Below are positions 1 to 11,092 of a stretch of 64,000 nucleotides of DNA, piece after piece. This DNA comes from Patellaria atrata CBS 101060 (lineage: Eukaryota), in assembly GCA_010093705.1 (NCBI GenBank), contig MU006099.1, positions 310,001-374,000 of the forward strand, written 5' to 3'. The position numbers and the translations under genes are program-made. A model generated the notes under the pieces. It was given only the letters and a program-made list of their open reading frames with translations, made no database searches and was not told the DNA's origin. Each line of letters begins with the position of its first letter. Within the stretch, counting starts at the first letter, position 1.

Positions 1-2612
1 ACTAACAAAGCTCAAAGTGCTTACGAAATAACCCATATTCACAAAAAGGAACCGCCTCCAAAAGAAATCCTGGAAGACCTAACTGCAAAAGGAGGCGACC
101 TCTTGAATCGTACTGTAGAAAACTATTTCCCAAGAATGAATAGGGAAACGGAAAATTTGATAAATGGGAAAGATGCATATGATTCGGATACCGAGCAGAA
201 AACTCCCGGAAATGATAAAATGGATATCGACGAGCCTACTAGTGCTGGGAGGATGACTCGAGGTTAGTGCTGATTGTTCTTTGGCCTTTGAAGCTACTCT
301 GTGGTCAACTATCTGGGTACTAACGGGTATTTGTCAGCTCTTCGACATGCACCACCCCAGCGAGTGCTCTTCCAACCTGATGTGTCTTCATCAAGGCAGG
401 GGAGACAATCAACTACGGGGGTAAACTCTCCCGCACCCACTTCAGTGAACGGAATATATAGCGGTAGTGGCACGTCAATGACTACTATTGCAAATTATGA
501 ACCTAGACAACAGGTTCCCTCGGCGGTAAAGCCAGTCGTCACTCCTGGCAACAATCTTAATTATTACAAAGATAAAGCGAGTAGAATGTTAGCTGCTAAG
601 CGCTTAGGAAGACCTATTGCTCCAAGAGGAATGATGCTTCCAGGCAGTATGTAAACCACTACCCTTCTACAAAAGTTACCAACTGATTTTATGTAGCTGG
701 TTTCACTGGGCCGAACATTTACATTCGCGCTCAGCTGGCATTGCAATCCAGTATAGTAGAAGAGCAGGCATATGCTCTACACCATTTGGTTAAAATATCT
801 CACGAAAGAGGTGATAAATACAGGTTCGATGGATTCCCCGGTCTTGCCGAAGCTCTAATAGATAAAGGTTTGCAAGTTGCATCTTTATTCTGGGACATAA
901 AATTACGGATCTCGTACGATGATGTTGAAAACCATGAGGAGCCACATGTCCTCAACGGTGTCCAAGGTACAAGAAATCTACTCCAGAATATCCAAAATTT
1001 TCCACTTCGAGACACGTACGACGACATCCAGACTGAAGAATTTGCAGCCGAGATGGGCAGAATCAACGAAGCAGGACTCGTTCTCCGTAATATGGTGATG
1101 ATGGAAGAAAATGCACAGTATCTATCTAGGTTACCAGTCATACGGGACTTCATAACGGTGGCATTAAACTTACCCCCCCGAACAGCTACAATCGAGCTAA
1201 AACATCAGGCGTTGGAAATTGCGGAGCAATTAACTAAATACTTTGTGTTGGGTGCAACCGACCCATTATACCAGTCTCTTTTAAATCAACTGTACTGCGA
1301 TGATCGAGGTGCTATAATCACAGCCCTACGAGCCTTGGGTCGCATATCGATGAACCTGGAGGTCAACAACCGCCTTGAGAATGTACCAGACAAATTACTC
1401 CAGCGAATACACGATTGGCTACTTATTGATGATGAAGAATTACGAAACGGATGCCTTGATTTCCTATATCAATTTACCGCTAGCGTAGATAATGTCGAGC
1501 TCCTGCTGCGCAGTGTACATATTGATAGTTTAATCAATCAGCTCGTTCGACTATTACTACATAATGCTCCAACAACGGAGACGAAAGAGCGGTCGCGGGC
1601 AGTCACGAAAGGCGGACCATCACCGGAAACGGCACCGAAGCTCTCAATAGCAATCATTGAGCAATTCCTCGAATACAGTGAGCCAGAGCGCAGCCAGCAA
1701 TGGTAAATTACCCCAATCCCTAAAATGTGACAACCCTCTCATTTTCATATTAGGTTACGCACGTGCTTCGAAGACGATCCATCCGGGGAAATAACCCAAA
1801 TAGCCCTCTGGCAAGCCTACAACGACTGCTTCAAACACGCGCTCGAAACCCGCCCTAACATATCCCCCCTCATGCCCGCCAAGGACTTCATTACCAATGT
1901 CAGTACCACCTTCCCCGGCGCCACCGCCCAGGTCCTCAACACTGGCACGACACACAAATATACGATCCGCGGGATCCGCCCGCGCGCCATTCCCGTCGAC
2001 CTCCGCGGCCGCCCCTACATCCGTTGCGACTGGCACGTCGAGCCCCTGACCGGTCGTGCCTGCGGCGAGTTCGCGAAATCTCCCGCCGAGATGTGGGATC
2101 ATATCGTACTAGCGCATCTGCAGATACCACGGAACGAGCACGGCCGCTTCGATCCGAGCGCCCCCGGACCGCCCGATAGGCGCTATACCTGCAACTGGGG
2201 CGGTTGTGGCCGTTTCAGTGCCCTGGGCGAGGAATCACCACACCACGTTGCCGCCCACATAAAGACGCATCTGCCTGATAGCACTCCGTTGGCGGCGCAT
2301 CGTCTGAAACATAACCGCACCGCATCACCCACGACGGATCTCAGAAATCCGTACGGCTTGAATAATGCGAAGGTGTGGATGAATACGCAGACCGACGAGC
2401 GTAATGACGCTGCGGGATTACCTCTCGCGAGTGTGCTCGTCCTACGTAATATTGCGCGTCAGATGGCTAAGTTGGAGAGCGAGGATGGTGGATGGGTTGC
2501 AAGGACCTTTGGCACGGTCAAGGAGCAGTTGTACTTTGTTATGGCCCATAACTTGAGCTTGAGAGAGTATATCACTAGCTTGACCAGGGCGATTGCGGCG
2601 GCTGGTGGGTGA
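1..2612 (+). CDS. RSC9: RSC chromatin remodelling complex subunit Rsc9 (5' partial, multi-exon)
   Basis: Spliced translation contains AYEITHIHKKEPPPKEILED, GPNIYIRAQLALQS..YALHHLVKISHERGDK, a winged-helix-like IALWQAYNDCF..AKDFITNVSTTF segment, and a C-terminal DERNDAAGLPLASVLVLRNIAR. Introns at about 263-335, 650-697 and 1703-1753. Confidence 0.88.
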
Positions 2613-2906
2613 GTAATATGTGGTGAGAAAGATCAAAGGCATGGTTGGGCGTTTGTGGGTCGTAGTTTTATCCTGTAGGGACATTATTTAAAATACAGCG
2701 AGGGCGCTGTATTTAGAGGCGTCTGTTCGTTGGCTATAGTAGGTGCTTCTCGGTCATTGTATGCTTGTTATACGCAAAATGTCGTATCTTCAAACTTACT
2801 TTGTTTAGCTTCCAATCTACACGTAAGTTGGAGACCTTAGCGTATCACAATCATAGAGTAATGCAGAAATTCCCTAGGGAAAGGAGAAGATAGCATTATA
2901 AACAAA

Positions 2907-4457
2907 TTAAGCAATATCCCTCAAACTCTCTCCCTCCGATCTCGTCTTATGGATCCCCAAATCGCTCATCTCGCTCGACTGTCTTCTTTCCGTTTCAAGA
3001 ATCCTCTCTCTGCTCTCTGCTCTATCTATACTCGCGGTCGCATTACTTTTAGCATATGTTTCTGTCCCAACATGTCCCAGTCCGTGGGCTCTTTGAGGCC
3101 GAGCCTGGCGCCGCATTCGAACCGAATTGTACGGGCTACGCGCGCTCCGTCCACGACCCGTCAAGCCGCTCACCAATTTCTTGAAGAGCGGGTTCAGAGA
3201 GGGAAGCGAGGCAGTTACGATCCCCAGGCAGACCTCTACTTGTGAGCGAAGGGGTACCATCGCCCATTTCCTATTTGTCCGAGGTACGCGATTAGTCCAT
3301 TGGACGTGGTTTTGGAAGGAGAAGGTGAAGTCAAAAAATGGGAAGGGGAAGGGAAGGTGTACCAATTTATATCCTGACGCTCCCACGGTTCATTATGCTT
3401 TGGATTCGAGCGGACGATTTCGCCGAGGCGGACGAGACCTGCGACGACTGGTATTATACCGACAGCGAAGACAAAGAAAAGAGCCGCTAAGTTTGGTAAT
3501 CAGCAAGGGTTCCTGATGGGGTGTTCAAGATATGGGCGAGTCTGACCTTTCTGCTTAGGGGGAATCTGAAGCTCGTAGACGATACGGATAGGAAAGATAA
3601 GAAGAATAATGTCGGTTACTGCATTTGTGGATGCCTGGATGGTGTGAAATGTTGCAACGTCTATGCAGCAATGGAGTTCTTTCTCGATATCCCAAGCGGC
3701 CATGATTGGGGCACATTGGAAGATTTCGACCTATCATCGCGTTTAGCTGATTGACTTCTACTCATTTACTGAAGGTTCTTTCCTACAAGAATCGAAGAAA
3801 TAGCATGTGCAGTCATGACCACTGTCAAAGCTATTGTTACCCGGCAGTATATGCCGGTTCCTAGAGGGGTACGCATTCTGCTCGCGACTCTCCAATACAG
3901 AGCAAGAATGCTCATCTTTACCGCCCTTTGAAGAGTATTAGAATATCAATATTGACTTGAAGTGAGAATAATGCGCACCATAAGGTAAAGAAATAGGCCA
4001 GCATAAACATCCATCTATACTACTCAAAAGAGGTCAGTACATTGTGTGACACGAGTCAGAAGGATAGACCCACAAAAAGAGTATCGTTCACGTCGGGAAC
4101 GCTAAGATCAGAGACATGTTTACCCCATCCGTGTTGAATGAGTATTAGGATCAGAGCGGTCTGAAAAGCTGCAATGATCTAATGGTCTCAGATATGAGTG
4201 CTTCCAGACATATATCCCCCGAACTCACAATAGCGACAAATATCATCAAGTCATCAAGTCCGAATTTAGAGACAATAAAATGTCTCGTATATAGTCTATC
4301 AATCGTTAGGCAAGTTTAAGACAATTCTTTCCACTAGCAAAGAAAGAAAACAGAATACTCACCTAAGCAGAACGAATAGTGCCGCAAGAACATAAAGAAT
4401 GATAGATGACCGGTGGATTAGAGAACCTTTATTCTCACCAGACCCACCAGACGACAT
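2907..4457 (-). CDS. PTH11-like / rhodopsin-domain fungal integral membrane protein (multi-exon)
   Basis: Spliced exons read ILYVLAALFVLLR, KFGLDDLMI, AVKMSILALYWR, IFQCAPIMAAWD, NAVTDIILLIFPI, LVRL, EVCLGIVTASLPSLNPLF, which is the PTH11-type 7TM motif series. ATG at 4457. Confidence 0.8.
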
Positions 4458-5317
4458 GACTCCAGGTCGAGTCGGGCTTTTGGCACATCATGGAAAATTG
4501 TGGTCCTAGTTGACCTTTTGAAATCCCCAGAAACCGGGAAGGAACCGCCTTGGATTCAACTTCAATGCAGAACACAGCAAGCCATCACATCATCCCGTTG
4601 TTGCGACCTGCACAAACATGAGGTGCATCACTTACGGACGCTTGGGGATTGGCTCATTTTTGAGAAGGATTCTCAAAGTCTTCTCAGGTCAACCCACCTC
4701 GGGAATTGCAGGACAGCTTAAAAGCTATTATTAACGGATAACCTACAAATCGCCACAGAGGAATATAAGTCCCTCTGTTGGTATCATGGGGTCTGGGGTA
4801 GAATTTGCTTGACGAAGCCGGTGAATTCAACTTGATGAAAAGGAAAAAGAGGAAATTTCTATACAGATGCAGTGGATTGCAGGACTAAATTTACTGTGGG
4901 CGGCCTCGCCGATGTCCCGAAAGTACGGTTTGACCATGGCGTAAGATTCAGTGGTGCGTCCGGGCCGATTGCTTATAGCTACGAAAGGTGTACAGCTGCC
5001 CTAAATATTTCAAAGAGATTGATATCCGCTCTGTAACTCACCTACCGAATGTTTGATCCCCCTCATTTTGGGCTTCGGCTACATAATGACGGTAATCATT
5101 CCTCGGTGTTACTCCAACTGGACCAGGATACCTTCCAACGAGTAGGGCTGAATATTCTGTAACGGTTCCGAGAATCACCTACTATGTATAGTACATGAGT
5201 GAGATCGCTGGGATAATCTTTCGTTTAGCAATTTATGTTCAGCGGAGTATTCCAAATACCATATCGGCAGACACCAAAAGCCGTCAGAAAACTTCCTATA
5301 GAAAACCAGTCCTGATA

Positions 5318-6343
5318 TTAACATGCTTTTTTCTCCATTTCGACAGCTTGAGAAATGAAATCCTTCACTGTCTGGCGGAAAGTCCTGTATGTAATACCCA
5401 ATGCGTTTGCAGCAGTTTCGCCATCAAGATCATGGTTGTCATCGATCTGTTGTCTTTCATCGGACTTCGCAACTCTGTCCTTTCCCCACTCAAACTCTTC
5501 AGCAACAATATCCGTTACCAATTGGTAAGAGAACTTCTCGGGGGATGCGACTGTAAACCGCGTATTACCAACATCGTGCTTTAACATAGCCTCTACATGG
5601 GCGCATGCAAGATCTCGGACATCAACCCAGAACGGGACTCTTGCAACAGGCAATTGTTCGCCGCTCGCTGTTTTCCATAACATCGCGTTTGATTCATTAA
5701 GCACGTGGAGAGACTCAACTGGATGTGCGACCGGCCCGAATGTCATAGGCGGACACAATGTTACAATGTCAAAGGACGGTTTCCGCTCCTTGATGAACTT
5801 CCAGGCTTTGAGCTCCGCAAATTTTTTCGAACCTCTATAAGCAACGACTGCGGAGGTCTTCTCGTTAACTGATTCCTCGTAGGACAACGGATTCCAGTCT
5901 GTCGCCGTATACTTGTACCTTGGTGACGATTTCTTGCCAATATCAAGTACAGCAGCAAACGACGAAGTTATTACTACTCGTTTAACCTTAGGATTTGAAA
6001 GTGATGCCTCAAGGATTGAAGTGACACCAGCAATCGCTGGAAGGACTAGTTCCTTCTCGTTATCCAGTATATCGTATGTAAATGGACTAGCGACGTGTAT
6101 CACTCCATCTATGTCCTTAACAACGTTTTCAAGGGATGCAGCTTCAGAAAAATCCTTAATCTGGACAATATCAAGCCGGGAGGAGTATGAAGACCGTGCC
6201 TGTCGTAAGAATTCGCCCTTCTTTGGACTACGTGTTGTTGCACGAACTTTGAATCCTCTTGCTAGTAGCTCATCAACAACGTGAGCGCCAATGAACCCGG
6301 TAGCGCCTGTAACAAGATAGTACGGTCTCTCTGACGAGTCCAT
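5318..6343 (-). CDS. NAD(P)-dependent epimerase/dehydratase family ketoreductase (GRE2/aldehyde reductase II-like)
   Basis: 341-aa intronless ORF with TGATGFIG, HVASP, TSSFAA and the YRGSK (YxxSK) catalytic motif. Confidence 0.9.
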   Translation of the reverse strand: MDSSERPYYLVTGATGFIGAHVVDELLARGFKVRATTRSPKKGEFLRQARSSYSSRLDIVQIKDFSEAASLENVVKDIDGVIHVASPFTYDILDNEKELVLPAIAGVTSILEASLSNPKVKRVVITSSFAAVLDIGKKSSPRYKYTATDWNPLSYEESVNEKTSAVVAYRGSKKFAELKAWKFIKERKPSFDIVTLCPPMTFGPVAHPVESLHVLNESNAMLWKTASGEQLPVARVPFWVDVRDLACAHVEAMLKHDVGNTRFTVASPEKFSYQLVTDIVAEEFEWGKDRVAKSDERQQIDDNHDLDGETAANALGITYRTFRQTVKDFISQAVEMEKKAC

Positions 6344-6638
6344 GCTTGTATTTCAAATCGATTCGAAACAATAGAGGTAACTTAGGAAGGTTGATTGTGG
6401 AGTTCCTCAAACTAGTTCTAGGGTGCTCGGTTAAAATTTCTTTCTTTAGCGGCACCGGCAAATCCCTGGATTATATACCTTAATAGTAGTTTACATGTTT
6501 TCAATCAATTGAACACCAAAGATGGATCCATACTTCTAGGTCAAATGGACGAGCTGGGTATCTCTAAGGACACGGAGCATATGGAGCAAGCACATATTTC
6601 CCAATCAGAGGAACCTCCAGAGAGTAATAGATGTTTGT

Positions 6639-8217
6639 CTACTCTTGCTCAAGCCCTTTACCCTCGTCCTCAAAATCGCTGATATCGTACTCATCCGGGT
6701 ATCTCTCAAGGATACCTTTTAGCTCATTTATCTGTACATTCGCCTCCTCAGTAATATTCTCGTATACCCCTTCAAACATTGTACGCAATCTTGGCTTTTT
6801 CCCCTTTTCTGCCTTTGAAAACGCCTTCAGTACTTCTTTCCGTATGTTGCTTCTTGCTTCATTTTCTTTCTGGTCATCCCATGCCCCTCTCCCCTCTAGC
6901 CACTTTCTTAGACGTGTAATCGGGTTATCCCTCCGTTTCCAATCCTCTACCTCCACTTTTGCGCGATATGCAAAACTGTCATCGCTGGTGCTGTGATGGG
7001 AAACACGATAACTCATACACTCGACCAGGATCGGTTTCCCGCCATCTTGCAGGGCCATTTTCCTCGCTTCCTTGGTTGCTTCTCGTACGGCGAAGATATC
7101 ATTGCCGTCGACCCTAATAGTGTCGATGCCGTATCCAACGCCTCTGCTAGCAATCCCATCCCCACGGTATTGTTCGAGGCTAGGAGTGCTGATGGCGTAA
7201 CCATTGTTACGACATATGAACACTACTGGACAGGAGCGAGTTGCGGCGAGGTTGAGTCCAGCGTGAAAGTCCCCCTCAGACGCTGCACCTTCACCAAAAT
7301 AACATGCTACAACGCGGGCTGGAAGAGTCGGATCACTCAGAGCTTGCATTTTAAGAGCGTATGCGGCGCCCGAGGCGTGAGGTATTTGGGTAGCAAGGGG
7401 CGAAGATATGGTGTGCTAAAATTCAAGGTTCTTTTAGTAAAAACAGTCCATTGAACAGCAGCACAAGACTCACGATATTAAGCTTTCGGCTACCATAATG
7501 AACAGGCATATTCCGCCCGAGGCCATGGTCTTTACTATTTGCGAACAGCTGATTCATGAACTCATCCAGTGTATATCCACGCTGTTGGAAAACGCCTGCT
7601 TCACGATACTGGGCAAAGATTACATCCTCTGGTTCTAGTGCACACGCTGAGCCTACTGCTATACCTTCTTCACCCGCAGAAACCTATAGACCTATGAGTA
7701 TACGCTCCCAGACCAAAATTATACAGAGAGAATCACCATGTAAAAACTTAACCTACCCTGCCTTTGGGCATCGAACATGATCAAATCCATAATGCTGACT
7801 AGAGAAAGTCAGACCATGTCATTTTGAGCTCTGAGTCGTCATACCCGTCAACATATCTTTGTACCACTTCAACGCTTCCCCATTTGTAACGTCCGACGGC
7901 TCTCTATCTTTATCCACAACAACTCCATCTTGATTTAGTATACGGTATGTGGGGATTCCGGGTTGCGTGGAGGGCCGTTCGAAGCGCAAATCGGTAGTGA
8001 ATTTGCTGTTCACAGCACCGGGAAAATGAACACTATTTTCTATTAGCTCGCTTCATACCTTAACCCAAAGTGCCTACCGGTCTGATCCAGGTCGTTGTGA
8101 CACTGAGCTATAGCGTACAGTGCTCCTCGAAGGATGCTTTGCTTTACAGTCAATGGCCACTGTTCTCGGTCCGAAGAAACTCCTAGCAATTCTGGGAGCT
8201 CCATATTTTAAAGTCAT
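6639..8217 (-). CDS. 2-oxoisovalerate (branched-chain keto acid) dehydrogenase E1 alpha subunit, mitochondrial
   Basis: Contains AQRQGR, YMVSAGEEG, QYREAG, GRNMPVHYG, FGEGAASEGDFHA..CRNNGYAISTP and RVSHHSTSDDS. First exon from ATG 8217 looks like a mitochondrial presequence; several introns. Confidence 0.93.
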
Positions 8218-8468
8218 AATTCTGTCTTATCATTTCTCTTTCGAAAACTGATTCTGAAGAAATGAAGTCTCACTTCAGACTACTCTCCTGGTTCTCACGG
8301 TTGTCGGACTTAGCTCTCGGTTATCATCGGCTTTTCGCGATAGAGCAACTCTAACAGGGGACGGCTTATCACGCTAACACGAATTTGGTATTAAGCTTTT
8401 TGCCTTACTGTACCTTACTTCTACAACGGTAGAATAAATTGATATTATACCATCAAAGATTGATAAAT

Positions 8469-9488
8469 ATGAGCAATTCGATACCCAGATCTCTATTGCG
8501 TCAAAAGCCCCGAGGTGGAGCGCATATAGTCCCAAGAAGACAACCATACCGATGCTTCTCCTGCACGCTTAAAGCATCGCAAGAGCAGGACCAGAGACAG
8601 TTCCAGGGTCGAAATGGGGAGAGGACCACGCATTTTGGATTCGAGACGATAGCAGAGTCGATGAAAGAGTCAAAAGGTATGTATATATGCCAGGATGAAC
8701 ATCGATAGTAGCTTACATGGAATTCAGTTGGTGCCGTATTCTCCTCTGTTGCATCGTCCTATGACACTATGAACGATCTCATGTCCCTGGGCATCCATCG
8801 GCTATGGAAGGACCACTTTGTGCGCTCATTAAATCCAGGGACAAACCCTCTAATCTCCTCTACGTCTGGTAGCGCGGATGGCTGGAACATCCTTGATATC
8901 GCCGGCGGTACAGGCGACATTGCGTTCCGCATGCTCGACCACGCCTCAAATATACATCATGATTACGCAACCCGAGTGACGGTTGCAGATATAAACCCAG
9001 ATATGCTATCGGAAGGACGGAAACGCGCTTTGGACACCCCGTATGCTAATAGCGATCGCCTCAGTTTCATCGAAGCCAATGCTGAAGAATTACATATGGT
9101 ACCAGATAATACCGTGGATCTGTATACAGTTGCGTTCGGGATTCGCAACTTTACAGACAAACGTACTGCTCTACAAGAAGCATTTAGAGTCCTTAAACCG
9201 GGGGGTGTGTTTGCATGCTTAGAATTCAGCTCGGTCAACAACCCAATTTTCAATGCAGTTTACAAGCGTTGGAGTTTTAGCGCGATCCCAATGATTGGCC
9301 AGTTAGTAGCAGGTGATAGGGCGAGCTATCAGTATCTTGTAGAGAGCATTGAGAAGTTCCCATCGCAGGAAAAGTGGAAACTAATGATTAAGGAAGTCGG
9401 CTTCATAGTACCCGGAAAGGGTTGGGAGGACCTGACTGGCGGGATTGCTGCAATACACAAAGGGGTAAAACCTGTGAGCAAGGGATAG
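8469..9488 (+). CDS. COQ5: Ubiquinone biosynthesis C-methyltransferase Coq5 (UbiE family)
   Basis: THFGFETI..K|VGAVFSSVASSYDTMNDLMSLGIHRLWKD, LDIAGGTGDIA, AFGIRN, YQYLVESI. One intron at about 8678-8727. Confidence 0.95.
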
Positions 9489-9576
9489 TAAGATCTTAGT
9501 ATTAGAGAAGGAGCCTATGAATCCTATTGATCGATATGTGTGAATTGACTATTTGATAATGTGTTTGTCTCTAAAC

Positions 9577-10443
9577 CTAAAGAATTGGCTCTGGTTGAGC
9601 TTCCGCGTCATCAGAGTCGCCGCATACACTGCATGCACCCGGTTTCACATCTGCACCAATCTCAACATCCTTCACATAGATCAGAATGGCCCGAACATCC
9701 TGGACAAGGAGCTCGCGAGCATAGCGGAGCTCTTCTGAAAGCTGGGGCTCATCCCCATTCCACCTGTCGGTCACCTGGTACCGCATCAGACGCTGGGCGT
9801 ACGCCAGATAGTCTGGCGTTGCTTGTGCCAGCCGTACCAGACAGCGTAGGAGCGGCTCCACCCATTGGGTTACTGGAATAGGGGCTTCGTCGGGTTCGTG
9901 TACGGTAAGTCGGTGGCCTCCTTCGATCCTACGGGGTTGGAGGTCGGGGGTTACGCAGTGCTCCAAAAAATTTCCCCAGTACGCAGCTGCGTGCAGTATA
10001 CTGTGGCGCTTGCGCTACTGGTTCACACTCCCACCACTGACACCGGCGCGTACGACCGCTCCTTCCTGATAATTGTATGTTAGTACAGTCCGGTACACAC
10101 AGGGGGCGAGCTCAGGGGGGCCAGATGGAAAGGCTATGCATATTCTGCCAGAAAGAGATTGTACGTATGGAGACCCACTGAGCTTCCAGCTCACCCCATC
10201 TATCCTGCGCGATCTGTTCCAGATCACGGAACGTCGCGTCGGGCGAGATATGGCCGCAGGATCGGACGGCAAGAGCTGACTGTACGGGGACAGTCTGTGG
10301 TGGTGTTGAGGGAGGAGGTGGGCCAGCCGCACTCCATCCTCTTGTTGACTTGGGCGAAGAGGAAGAGATAAGGAGGAGAAAGGGAAGGCAGAGCCGGACT
10401 CTGTACCATCGTTGAGGGGCCGGAAAGGTAGGTTGAATTCCAT
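9577..10443 (-). pseudogene. Orphan coding sequence (about 288 codons) interrupted by a single in-frame TAG
   Basis: ORFs 10015-10443 and 9577-9966 share a frame. The join reads NQ*RKRHSILHAAAYWGNFLEHC with one stop at 10015-10017. Sequence is GC-rich and coding-like. Confidence 0.55.
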
Positions 10444-10642
10444 GGTGATGTGAGTGGTGCGTGTACAACTGTGTACAAGGGTTTGAAGGAAGAAAGTTGT
10501 ACAAGGTTTGAAGGTTGGGGGAGAAGGGGATTATATAGGGAGCTTCACTTTGGGAAGGCTCGCTTGAGTGAAAGTGAGACTGTCAATGGCCTCTGGTACA
10601 ATAGGGGACTGATAATGAAGTCAATACAGACAATAGCAAAGG

Positions 10643-11030
10643 GAACAATAATCTCTGATATTAAGTGAACACTTCGCATTAGGTGAATGAATTAGCGAAC
10701 AATAATTCTCAATAAGCAAAGGCTATCCATTATATGAATGAAATAGAGTATAATAATCTTCAGTTTAAGTAAAGACTTCACATTATATACATGAACTAGA
10801 GAACAATAGTCTTTAGTAAGACGTTAACACGTCAAATTGTAATGATAAACTAGAGAACAATTATCTTCAATAGTAAGTAAAGACTTCACATTACATGAAC
10901 GAACTAGAGAACAACAGTCTCTAATGAGAAGTAAATACCTTTTATTGTAATAATGAACTATGGGATAACAGTCTGTGACAATAGGTGAAAACTACACAAT
11001 GAATGAATAGAATAGAGATCAATAGGGGCT
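10643..11030. repeat. Degenerate 54-bp tandem repeat (about 7 units) with 108-bp higher-order structure
   Basis: A GAACAAT-like motif starts at 10643, 10697, 10748, 10801, 10855, 10909, 10963 and 11017. AACTAGAGAACAA occurs three times and AAGTAAAGACTTCACATTA twice. Confidence 0.8.
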
Positions 11031-11092
11031 ATTGTCACAACCTATTAAAGAAGGTATATATAGATGAGAGTGTACCAATTCACTATCTACCC

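Noticed and set aside
10643..11030. CRISPR-like array
   Set aside because: Fungal DNA, no cas genes, and the would-be spacers are homologous to one another, so this is a satellite.
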